The position numbers and the translations under genes were made by a program. A DNA stretch of 63,246 bases, counting the filler, from Asterionella formosa (Eukaryota), in NCBI GenBank assembly GCA_002256025.1. It is 8 parts of 8 records of this genome, joined end to end, with 100 filler letters (N's around TTAATTAATTAA, not from the genome) between each part and the next. Parts side by side here need not be neighbours in the genome. Positions count along the whole stretch, not along the records: positions 47,526 to 55,336 come from NKIB01012380.1; positions 55,437 to 63,246 come from NKIB01012381.1; 6 more parts are not named here. The stretch is one strand, 5' to 3'. Each line of letters begins with the position of its first letter. Position 1 is the stretch's first letter. Under the pieces are notes generated by a model. That model worked only from the letters and a program-made list of their open reading frames with translations, ran no database searches and was not told the origin of the DNA. Shown piece by piece: positions 50,661 through 62,175 of this stretch.

Positions 50661-51170
50661 NNNNNNNNNNNNNNNNNNNNNNNNNNNNNNNNNNNNNNNN
50701 NNNNNNNNNNNNNNNNNNNNNNNNNNNNNNNNNNNNNNNNNNNNNNNNNNNNNNNNNNNNNNNNNNNNNNNNNNNNNNNNNNNNNNNNNNNNNNNNNNNN
50801 NNNNNNNNNNNNNNNNNNNNNNNNNNNNNNNNNNNNNNNNNNNNNNNNNNNNNNNNNNNNNNNNNNNNNNNNNNNNNNNNNNNNNNNNNNNNNNNNNNNN
50901 NNNNNNNNNNNNNNNNNNNNNNNNNNNNNNNNNNNNNNNNNNNNNNNNNNNNNNNNNNNNNNNNNNNNNNNNNNNNNNNNNNNNNNNNNNNNNNNNNNNN
51001 NNNNNNNNNNNNNNNNNNNNNNNNNNNNNNNNNNNNNNNNNNNNNNNNNNNNNNNNNNNNNNNNNNNNNNNNNNNNNNNNNNNNNNNNNNNNNNNNNNNN
51101 NNNNNNNNNNNNNNNNNNNNNNNNNNNNNNNNNNNNNNNNNNNNNNNNNNNNNNNNNNNNNNNNNNNNNN

Positions 51171-52061
51171 CTTATTCTGAATCCCTGCCCCCACTAAATA
51201 TCTCCTCAATCCATCCCTCGGCGACGCCACCATGACGAGTGGAGGCATGATGTTGACAGTTTCAAATCCTAATTTATGCCAGCCTGATCCAGGACCCCAA
51301 TCGCGATCGACGAGCGTAACAATATCATCCGGAGAATGTTCAACAACAAACGCCTTGAGCATTTTGGAAATTCCTCCAACGACTGTCCCATTTCGTTTCG
51401 AACAGTATCGAATGAGTTCATAAGACTTGAATGTCCTTTGGTTCCTGACAATCTTTCGTTTGGTCGAAAAGGTGGCCACGGCTACCAATTCTCCCGTTTT
51501 CGTGGAAACGAGTCCATAATAATATTTCGCTTTGGTTGAACCCCAAAGGTGGTTGTGTCGGAGAAAAGCCATGGCAGTGGGAGCATCAATTCGCTTGGCC
51601 TTGGTGTTTCGAGCAAATATCCGATCTTCTGTCCGACCTAACTGAGCCAATAGACGGCATTGTACAATCTCTGTTTTGGCCTTCCACACATCTTGATGCA
51701 GGTGCAGGATGCGGTTGGTCCACAGTATGTCACCAGCTATACATGCATCAGTCATTTGCTTGGTCAGAGTGGATGAGACACAATCATTGGCACCTGTCGG
51801 CGTTGGAAGGAGATGAATCGCGAGTTTGGTTTCTTCACCGACCAAAAGAATTGGATGGTTCGTCCCAAAGTCCGGTTGCTGAATTTGCCGCCAGGGCAAG
51901 TTTTCTTGATCGAGCCAAGAGGTAACCTCCTGACTGTAACTGATGCTGCTGCTACTGCTACTGATGAGCGAACGGGCGCTTCGAAGGAAAGAAACGATCA
52001 ACACATGGGAGAAGTAGCGATGGCCCAGAAATGCTCTCGTCGTGCTCACCCGACAAACCAT
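51171..52061 (-). CDS. Phage/bacterial-type protein: degenerate Vsr/Hef-like segment plus Mom-like GNAT domain, probable organellar presequence; 3' end in gap
   Basis: LHLHQDVW..K.EIV..RL, RIFARN, AFLRHNHLWG, YYGL, LVAVATFS, YELIRYCS, VVGGISKML, VDRDWG.G..W..LGF. Confidence 0.75.
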
Positions 52062-52976
52062 GAGGCTGATGATTGAGATCCGATGATGAATGAAGAATGC
52101 TGGGCGGAGGACAAAATTAATCCATCCCCAGTATCAGCCCATACCTCCATTTATTTTGTCATCAATGGTGGCAACTAATAATTTTATTTAGTGGTACATC
52201 AATATTATGGATATATTTGTAGTACTACCCGGTACCAGGTTTCATACTCCTAAATATTTGATTGGCTGTACAGTTGATGTTTCAAGGTATGATACCGGTA
52301 CTGTCATACTGTCTCCTACGTATGTTTTACCTAGCTAGTTACAAAAAAGCATGTGAACAGGAAAAGTGCTTTGTATGTACTTGTACATACGTATGTATAC
52401 TGAAGATATCGGTCATCCTGTACGCCTGTCTGATACCAGAAACTCCTCTTAGTANNNNNNNNNNNNNNNNNNNNNNNNNNNNNNNNNNNNNNNNNNNNNN
52501 NNNNNNNNNNNNNNNNNNNNNNNNNNNNNNNNNNNNNNNNNNNNNNNNNNNNNNNNNNNNNNNNNNNNNNNNNNNNNNNNNNNNNNNNNNNNNNNNNNNN
52601 NNNNNNNNNNNNNNNNNNNNNNNNNNNNNNNNNNNNNNNNNNNNNNNNNNNNNNNNNNNNNNNNNNNNNNNNNNNNNNNNNNNNNNNNNNNNNNNNNNNN
52701 NNNNNNNNNNNNNNNNNNNNNNNNNNNNNNNNNNNNNNNNNNNNNNNNNNNNNNNNNNNNNNNNNNNNNNNNNNNNNNNNNNNNNNNNNNNNNNNNNNNN
52801 NNNNNNNNNNNNNNNNNNNNNNNNNNNNNNNNNNNNNNNNNNNNNNNNNNNNNNNNNNNNNNNNNNNNNNNNNNNNNNNNNNNNNNNNNNNNNNNNNNNN
52901 NNNNNNNNNNNNNNNNNNNNNNNNNNNNNNNNNNNNNNNNNNNNNNNNNNNNNNNNNNNNNNNNNNNNNNNNNNNN

Positions 52977-53177
52977 ATGGATGCATTCTTTGCTGCTCCA
53001 GATGTATGGGCGGAACAAAAACTATTGGAACAGCAAGGACGGCGTGATGTGTATGACTATGGAAAAGAGGCACCAGTAGATCGTGTTGCACTCTCGTTGT
53101 TATGGGGGTCCTTTGTAACTGGATTGTTAGGACGGGTCCTTTGGCAACTCTTTCATGGAGAAAGAAATCTATTTTAA
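52977..53177 (+). CDS. C-terminal fragment of a hypothetical single-TM protein, 5' part in gap
   Basis: DAFFAAPDVWAEQK..YDY followed by a hydrophobic helix and stop; emerges from the N gap. Confidence 0.55.
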   Translation: MDAFFAAPDVWAEQKLLEQQGRRDVYDYGKEAPVDRVALSLLWGSFVTGLLGRVLWQLFHGERNLF

Positions 53178-54152
53178 GGAGAAACGCTTCTTAGGGTCTC
53201 CACTCACATTGGGTTCATACTTACGACTGCCTCAGATGTTGGCAAACAAGTTGTTGACGGCTTGTAATGATGCATAAAGATTTACAACACAACCATTGCA
53301 CCCTTTGTACACATGCTGTAATTTGGTTATAGCTAAAGTGTCTCATTAGTAGGAGTACCATCAGGTAGTGGTTATATGCATGCATCGATTCCCACACACT
53401 TACCGGTCTTCTACATGGTTCTACGGTAATTGTTTTGGGTCTTCATTATTTTAGAACTCCCAATTACCATTAATATAGGATTTATAGTGTTCGAGCCAAA
53501 AGTATCCGATGTGTCACACAAGTACCTGGTACCTGGTGCCTGTAGTAGGAATACTTCCACTCGGACTCCGTGGTGCGCTGCGCTCGCTGAGCGCCCCAGT
53601 GCAACCCTCTGATCCTCCACCGGTAGGGTACAGGTAGTCTATGTAGTCTCCTTATCGCGTACTACGGTAGACTAGAATAAAATTTTCTTGTTACATACCG
53701 GCTATACCGGGAGGAGTACGACCAACTCCTTCTTGGTTTCTCATTATGATGTAGCCATCACTCAGTCGTGGTCTGGCTTTTCTAGGATCCAGGTACCGGT
53801 ATCATACTACCTGTATCCTTGTACCTGAATTATCGCTGCAACTCAGAACTGCGATAATGTTGATTAGGCCACATGGTGATACTTTAGCCATTGGAGGCTA
53901 TTTCTATGGTTAGTTTCTCCGATTTTTTCCACTCTGCTTTCTGCCTGCTGCCCTATCTACGCGGCACATTTACTTACTTATTGGGTCTACGTAATGTGTA
54001 CATAAAATATATTCTATAATTTTTTACAAATGCACGTATCATTCATTTTCTTCGTGTCGAATTGCAATCACGCTCACAATTGAATTGAGAAGACTATTAA
54101 CAAACACCCAACATCCAACGAATCTTGACAGGCCCATTCACAAGCAAAAATC

Positions 54153-54509
54153 ATGGCAGACTACGACACCCGCTGCGCCACTTATGGCTTCGCTACCAAG
54201 GAGGAGATCCTGGCCACCTCCAAAATCCCAACAGTTGTGTTTTTGGATGTCCGGACACAAGAGGAGATTAGTGTTGCAAAACTTACCCCACCAGATGGAG
54301 CCTGGGTAGCCTGTAGTTGCACTCTAGATGCGGCTCCGGAGTTGGAATTGGATGCTGCAAAACTTTTACCTGACAAGAACGCTCCAGTCATTATCTACTG
54401 TGGATCTGGTCGTCGAGCGGCCAAGGCCAAGGAAGTGTTAGTGGCACAAGGATATTCGACGGTGCTAAATGCAGGTGGATTGATTGATTTGGGATTTTTT
54501 AACATGTAG
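54153..54509 (+). CDS. Single-domain rhodanese-like protein
   Basis: FLDVRTQEE, active-site loop VIIYCGSGRRA, GY..VLNAGGL. Confidence 0.9.
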   Translation: MADYDTRCATYGFATKEEILATSKIPTVVFLDVRTQEEISVAKLTPPDGAWVACSCTLDAAPELELDAAKLLPDKNAPVIIYCGSGRRAAKAKEVLVAQGYSTVLNAGGLIDLGFFNM

Positions 54510-54807
54510 ATTCGATTGTGTGTCTATGTATGAAATTAAGACAGTTTAATGCATCATTTTCATTGTGCATTTCAGCAAGTGCAAATTTACAAACCACTAC
54601 TCGGAGCATCGGTAGCTAACAAATTATAGAGGTACAATAATTTCGGACTAGCTCTTTCCTATGATCGTTTTAAGAACGCTTGAGAAAAATGGTATCTCAA
54701 CATATCACTAGTAAAGTCAGAATGGTCTCTAGCAAGCAGTAACATTTGCTCATTTTGTGTAGGTTCTTTCTCCATAATTACAGTTCTTCGAGGCATTTAG
54801 TCTGCAT

Positions 54808-55330
54808 CTAGAAGCCAGGAGGAAGGCAAGGGACGGATCCAGCAATAAAATGAGCAGAAAGGAAGGAAGCAATTCCAATCATGGCAAGGCGACCGTTCTT
54901 GAGCTCACGAAGACGCATCTTTTCCTTTCCTTTGGCATCGAGCTTGTCCCAGGCTTGCATGTAATCAATAGCGGCAGGTCCCTATAATTGTTCAGTTTAG
55001 TCACATGTGCAACTCATTAACAATTGGGATTCACACGGAGATAAAAGCAGAACATACCTCTCCAACGTACGACTTTCCATTCAGTTCTGCATTGTACTTG
55101 TATGCTTCAATGGTTCCACAGAAAATGATGAATTGAGCCCACCATTGAGGATCAGCTTGCATAATGGCATCGATAGGGTCTGTGGTGGTAACATCGTCAC
55201 TGTCATACAAACCAAACCACTTGGGCCAGACCCAACCAACGGTTGCAAGCATGGCCGAACGGCCATTAGCGAGTTCAGCCTTGCGGGCATATTCGCCAGG
55301 GACCCACTCATTGAGACCCCAAGGGTCGTA
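54808..55330 (-). CDS. Light-harvesting fucoxanthin-chlorophyll a/c protein (LHC family); intron 54982-55057, 5' exon in gap
   Basis: YDPLGL, AELANGRSAMLA (helix 1) and ELKNGRLAMIG (helix 3); GTATGT..TAG intron keeps the frame. Confidence 0.93.
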
Positions 55331-55436
55331 CTGTAANNNNNNNNNNNNNNNNNNNNNNNNNNNNNNNNNNNNNNNNNNNNTTAATTAATTAANNNNNNNN
55401 NNNNNNNNNNNNNNNNNNNNNNNNNNNNNNNNNNNN

Positions 55437-55587
55437 AGGGATGTGACGAATCATGATACGAAGATCCTCCTCGAGGGATTCTTGCCGAGATTGATGACAA
55501 TTTTGGTTTAAACGCATCCATTGGGACAACCAGAAGAATGAGAAAGGCCAATAATGCCGCTGGGAGGAGTGTCGGACCTTTTTCCAT
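55437..55587 (-). CDS. N-terminal fragment of a signal-peptide protein, rest in gap
   Basis: Hydrophobic LLPAALLAFLILLVV, DAF cleavage-like motif, PRGG. Confidence 0.5.
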
Positions 55588-55989
55588 TGTATATGATGTG
55601 AATTGAATCTGCTAATGATATGATCCGTTTAGCCTGAAAGGTCGTTTATGTAGACTGTTGTTGGTTGGAACATAAGTTATGCCATTACCAGTACCAGGTA
55701 CCATCAGGTGCCGTTACCGGTACCTGGTACCAGGTAGTTGAAATGTTTGAGAATGGTACTGGTACCAGGTACAAGGTATACCTGGATTATTATGAATATG
55801 CATGTATAATTAATTACCGGTAATCGAGTCCACTGTGTGCATGAGAGGTACAATTGATGCCAGGTACTGGTACCATGTCGAAGCAACTGCTCTCAGGAAA
55901 AGCCAAGTGGCAGATTTTGGTGACAACCTATAATTTAATTAATAAATAAATAAGATCATATATACCATAATAGAGACCAGCCATGTCGA

Positions 55990-56388
55990 AAAGGTCCGTA
56001 CTCCTTCCCGCGGGCTGCGTCTCTCTTCACGTAGGCTCTTACGTGCTCGTAGTACTAGTACCACTTACTTTCTCTCTGGTCTGCCGCTATGTTAGCCTTC
56101 CTGCTAGATAAACTGATTGACCTTCCTGTCAATTAACACTCTTTTCCTCAATTGATAATCTAAACTCAAATTAAATTATAAGCTAAACTAAATGTTTCCT
56201 TTCCATGCATCTTTGCTTCCCACAAAGTCGTTCTAAGACTCTCCTCGAATTTCCACTTTACATTTCCATAGAAATCTTCAAGCTTTTTTGATCTCGTAGA
56301 TAGCTGATTGACGTGGCAATGCAATATTCGACTCGTTGGATTACAATCGAGTCCACAATCCTTGTGTCTCGAGCTAATCTTCTTGACA
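55990..56388 (-). mobile_element. Second copy of the 262-bp LTR (56127-56388) plus leader, no coding region
   Basis: Reverse complement aligns with 38167-~38570. Confidence 0.85.
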
Positions 56389-56859
56389 CAGCCACCAATC
56401 ATTTTTGGAAAGTCTCTGACAACAAGAAAGCAAGGTACCTGGTATCAGGTACCAGGTAGTTATGTCAGTGTGATGAGTTGTATTTCAGTTTTACCGGACA
56501 CTTCGACATTTATGTAGGAAGATATGAAAAGGCTACATACAATGAATTCTACACAAGAGTTTACCACAGGACGGAATTCAGAATCCGTTCATATGCCATA
56601 CTTGATGTCGAAATAGGGCAACAAATTATAAAATACACAAGAAATGATGTATGAAATCTTGCATGGATTTGTACGTTTCACCCGATATACATAGTACACT
56701 CAATGCACCAGTTGACTACCTCCACCAGTAGCGTTTTGAGTTAGCTAGCAGTACCAAAGTCATGCTATTTTGAGGTGGTGTTGGATCTCACATCATGGCA
56801 ATAAATAGCAATTCAGATCGAAAATATTTGGCCTGCTATGATTTAACTGGCACCATATA

Positions 56860-59800
56860 CATCTAAGCCGCGAAATACGCCACTTTTCGAAATTTGTTCT
56901 ATGTAGGAGTGTTAATTATGTGGTACTTCACATGAATTAATGCCACTCTTCCCGGAGAAAAGGCTACTTTTAACGGTTTCATGTGAAATTTTAACAGTTT
57001 CATGTGAAGATTTCACAAAAAACTTTGAACTCAAGACTGAATTAGTTGATTTTTCAAATAATTTATTTCAAAGTTCAACTAAGACCCTGCTCTCGTGGCT
57101 AATTCATTTATGACATGCATCTTCCTTTGTGAAATAGTAAGGATATTTGTGGTGTCTTAAACCATGCTACCAGGTACAGTTTATGGTTGTGCACTTCACG
57201 TAAATAAAATTTACTGTTGTGCTGAACAAGATTACTTATCGTGGTTTCATGTGATGGCTGGTTCACAATCATACAGTTATTTCCAAGGCAGGACTAGTTG
57301 ATGTTACAACTAAACATTTTAAAAGTTCAAGATAAATTATTTAGAGGATAAATCATTGCGAAAGACGACTTCACTACAAATTTTTTGATTTCAATCTGCC
57401 CTGAATTGATTGAAAAAAACGGAACGAAATGGATCTCGAGAAATATCGCACCATGATTCATGAGGATGCAAGCAACAACCAACCCTAATGAGGACAAAAC
57501 AGGTATGGAACGAAACATTCAATATTGAATTTGAAATGCTAAACTAAATATCTATTCGAATTAGTGTGTGTTATCGACTGCAAATCTTCGGAGTGCTATT
57601 GGGCATGAATTGATGGAGAAAATCGAAGCGATGTGGTTGTCGGCAAGTGGGTGCATGAAGCATATCAACAATCATCCTTACCATCGATATTAGCAGAGAA
57701 ATATTACAACGTGCCCCAGGTAAGCAAAGTCATTCAATAGTGAACAGGCAGAGTATGGTGGAAATATGTATGACCAATACATATGTATGTTGAACAACCC
57801 ATGCATGGATATATATTGAGCAGCCAACAGCTACCTGGCTGGTACCTGGTAGTACCACACAGCAGTAAAACCAACAGGGTGTGAAATTAATTATATAGCA
57901 CACATTAGTAGAATTAAACATTTGGTAAACGTTTTTTCTGTGTCCGGCAATGATTAAGTTTGTCGTGATTTGCAATGCAGTTGTTTATATCGTGATCCGT
58001 TTATCCTATACTAGATACTGTCGGCATCCAATATGAATTCTCTTATTCTTTTACATAAACTATATTTGTATGAATTCTGAAGATACAAAATATATGGATA
58101 ACATACCTGGTGTATTGTGAATATGTCTGGAAGGGCATCGTGATGCTGAGTGTGTTGACCTCAGCTAACGAATAGTAGGTATGGTACCTGGGACCAGGTA
58201 CCAGGTACCGGTATACAAGGCCTACTCAGGGCTACTATGATACATACTACCAGGGCTAACACCAGGGGAGTACCTGTTACCTGGTACCAGGTACCTTGTA
58301 CCTTGGGTCTTTTGACGCTGGACTCAGACATACTAACAAATAGCTATACTGTATGGTACCACTAGGTACTCCTGGCTGGTAGGTACCAGGTCATTGTTAC
58401 AAGTGTGAGACTGTAGGTTTGCCCTACCAGTATTTCCGTCTTTTCCTTCTTGTTACAATAGGAATTATTTCGTTCGTACTGAGAAACTGAACTCATTTCT
58501 ACGTGCATACTGTGGAACTGTAGGTTTGCACTACCAGCATTGCTTCCCGTATTCCCCTTATTACAATAGAATATGGCGTTCATACTGTGAATATATTAAG
58601 AGTAACCACTGGCTGTGTCCTCTCCTTCTTGTCATACCGATATTTGTTTAAGGTCACACTTGTAGCATCAGAATTTTTCCCGACGAAGTAAGACTGCGCC
58701 AGGTTTTTTCATGTAGATTGTAGGTTCTGTTGGTACAAAGATGAAGTCATGGCTGCACCAGGATTTTTGACCCTCTGAATTCATAAAGATAACATTAAAC
58801 ACTACTGTGCACAATATACGTTTCCAACATGGGGATGACCCTTAAAAGCAGCATCCCCTTCTAGCTTTTCAGCGCCTCACCATTAACTATCCTACATCAG
58901 CCAAGAACTCACACATTGTTTGTTGAAACAATAGAAGGTGGAATGACACAACATTGAGATCGTAAGCAATTGATGCTTTTAAGGTAAGATTTATTTGCTT
59001 GCTATTTTTGCTATTATATCACCAAGCAAGGGATAACTCATGATATGTCATGCTTTTGTTTTCAACATTCATTTGACATTTGAACAGGCCTTTTAAGAAA
59101 AGCAGTGTTCTTTGGAAAGTATGAGTGATAGCAGATGAAATGACACAATATGGAGACCCGCAATGGAGGCCTTCAAGGTGAGCTTAATCTTCAGTTTTCA
59201 TAATTGTATCAGCAAAGCGAGCGAGAAATCACATGGTTCTGTTATTGTTATCTAAATTTATTTTACATTGTAGCCGTCCCTTTCACAACAGGAGCATTCT
59301 CGTGAACGCATCAGTGAGTTGTGGTGCTGCCTGGCTGATGCCATTTTGTTGTTTCAATTCGACTACCCCGAGAAACAGTTGAATACTACCACATCTGTGT
59401 GTTGCTTTCTGCTGTTGCTAGTTCTATCATATGAATTACTGACACACTGTTGTTATGTAAATCTCTGCAGGTCAATGAAGAAGTCATTTCAAGGACAAGA
59501 AGGAAGCCAGTGTGTGAGGATGCATTCATGTTGCAACTTCGTAGAATGATACCTGTTCAAGAGTGAATAATTTCCCCCTTCTGAATGAATGGCTTCTCCT
59601 CGTCTAGCAATGTCCTTACAGATGTCTCATACTGCCTGCCTTCTCAAGACTGAAGATTCCATTCTGAAAGAACAGCTTTGTTTGATTGCATATCGAGATT
59701 TATTTCCCATGTAATGTGAAATACCGGTTGTTGAATTAGTAATAAACATTATTTGATAGTACTTTTAAATTACGTAAAAAAATTTAATACATTATGTGAA

Positions 59801-60106
59801 CTATATTATAGAATTACGTGAACAAAAATATAAGGCATTGTGAACTAAATTACAGAATTAATTGAAGTATTTCAAATAATTATGTGAAGTATTTCAAAAA
59901 ATTACGTGAAGGTTATCACGTAATATAGTGATGATCAGGAATGCATGCATGATACTCTGATCAAATAATGAACGTGATGTATTCAGATAATATATAGATA
60001 TATTCAAGTAAGCATTTTGATGTATTCAACTAATTCATGTGATCAATTCAAAATCAACTAGGCTTATTTACGTGATGGTCACTTCACGTAATACGCGGCT
60101 TAGATG
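56860..60106 (+). mobile_element. Non-autonomous TIR DNA transposon (3.2 kb) of the CATCTAAGCCGCG family
   Basis: TA|CATCTAAGCCGCG at 56858-56872 and CGCGGCTTAGATG|TA at 60094-60108; left ~300 bp homologous to 10008-10460; ATTA[C/T]GTGAA subterminal repeats at 59768-59920; no long ORF. Confidence 0.88.
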
Positions 60107-61589
60107 TAGTCCAAAAAGTAAAAATTTACTGTTTTGATTTGCTAGGTAATTAGGTCATCATGAAGAACAACTTGTTGTATGCACATGGACCAGGATTATT
60201 ATGTTTTGAGTTGTTGGAGAAAATTTATGGTCACAATGAAGAAGAAGAATTCATATGGTCTGGAAGTAAACAAGCGAAAATTAATTTGGGGTTAGCTGAC
60301 AGATTATGTAAACAATCATTTCTACTTGAGTCGAGCTTTGTTTGACAAAGTATCATCATGACAAAGAATAATAAATCACATGGAAAGATAAATTCAATTT
60401 GGATCCAGTGAGCATTCAATCGAAAACAAACAGTTCGGTCTTGTTTGTGCCAACTTTTTCGAAAAGTGCATACATACTGTTTGTTGTACAGGATAATCTA
60501 TCATTTTATGATGAAGACTAGTGATGATTCATATGGAAAGCAAAAATCGATTTGGGTCTACTGGCTGAGAGTTGAACCAAAGAAAATAATTAGGTCTGCG
60601 TCGACTAGGGTGAAAACCACTTTATTGTGTTGGATAATCAAGGGTCATATCATGAAAGCTAATGACTCATATTGAAAGTGAGACTCGGTTTGGGTTTGCT
60701 GAGAGTTTCAACTCAATGAAACAATTCAATTTTTTGTCGAAAAGTTTATACTGCCAATATGTTGTTTTGAATACAATGAAATACTTGCCTAGAAAATGGT
60801 GGAGTACGAATGGGCTATAAAACATTCAATCATTTTAATTTGTAGTATCATTTCATCGTCATGTCGATGTTTATTAATTCATGAATTTGAAATCGAGATT
60901 CAGTGCGTGTTTGTCCACTGAAAGCCATTTCAACTCGAGAAATGTAATACGATTTGAGTTGCATCCACTTATTAAAACAAAACCAACAAAGCTGGTATTG
61001 AGCTGTTGATTCTATAATCATAACAAAGGATATTTTCACATGCGGAGAGTGAAAATGCATTCGGGTTCACTGACAGATTCATATAAAAAAATAAATTTCT
61101 AATTGAGTGGAGTTTTGTTCGAGGAAGGGAAGGTTGGAACGATAAGCTGTCAAACATGCCTTAAACATGGTTCTACTGAGTATAGCCAAGTTATATGGGC
61201 ATGATAGAAGGAAGGGAAAGATTTGTGACAAAAGGAAATAATAGTATATGGTAGCAAATTAAAAAACAAACATTTATTTGATTATTATGAAACATGCTTT
61301 ACTACTTAACTTGCTTAGCTTGTGCATTTCAACCTGCATCAACTATTCAATGACTTTCTGCAAGCAGGCCTATCAAGCGCAATAAGCATTCGCCAAGAGG
61401 ATGATTAATGAGGGCAGCCATCAATTCTTGCAGCATTGAAATGATGGAACAATGACGCCATGGTGTGTACCGGTAAGTGTGCTGATCGCGACGCATGTAT
61501 CAAAATTCTTTCAAGCATACTTGACCTCACGAAAAACTTATCCGTGTACACAACACAGGATTCCATAAATTAATTTAGCCTTTGGTAGG

Positions 61590-62175
61590 ATGCTAAGAGG
61601 AAGATTCACACCAGTAGAATTAAGCACACGTAGCTAGTAGAAGTAGAAATATTATAGCACATTGTTTAGTCATTTTTGATTGTTGAGTTTACAATAGCAA
61701 GCCACCAGATTAGAAACAAAGCATTGTTGATCCTTGTCAAGCATCTTTGAGCCTTGCATGTCGCCACAGTGACTCAAAACTGATATGTGCCTCAATGGCA
61801 TTCTCCTTTTTGGAGCGGCTACAAACAGTCTACAAAGATAACTCTAGCAATTACAATATGGAAAACGAAGCAAATGATAAGGAGCTTCCAACGATCGAAA
61901 TTGTAAATTTCTATAGAAACAGCTGTAGCATATTTTTGTGTTCATCGCATATCTCCGTTGGGACTCAAAACTGAGATGTGACGCCATGGCTTTCTCCTTT
62001 TCGGAGCTGATACAATTTGTCTATAATTAAAATCTATCAATTACAATATAGTAGATGCAGAAAGTGACAAGGAGCTGCGGTCGATCGAATTTATGACGTT
62101 CTATAAAAATATCTTTTGCAAGTTTTAGCATTCATTGCATGCCGCCGTAGTCAGTCGAAAATGAGATGTGCCGCC
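61590..62175 (+). repeat. Diverged copy of the 14555-15037 repeat with ~190-bp tandem units
   Basis: aagaggaagattcacac.agtagaatt.agcacacgtag and the gatgtg..atggc.ttctcc..ggagc..ctacaa units are shared. Confidence 0.8.

Noticed and set aside
55381..55587. Signal-peptide ORF as the first exon of the LHC gene
   Set aside because: Separated by a gap of unknown true size, and the PRGG-type leader is not typical of LHC presequences; cannot be joined.
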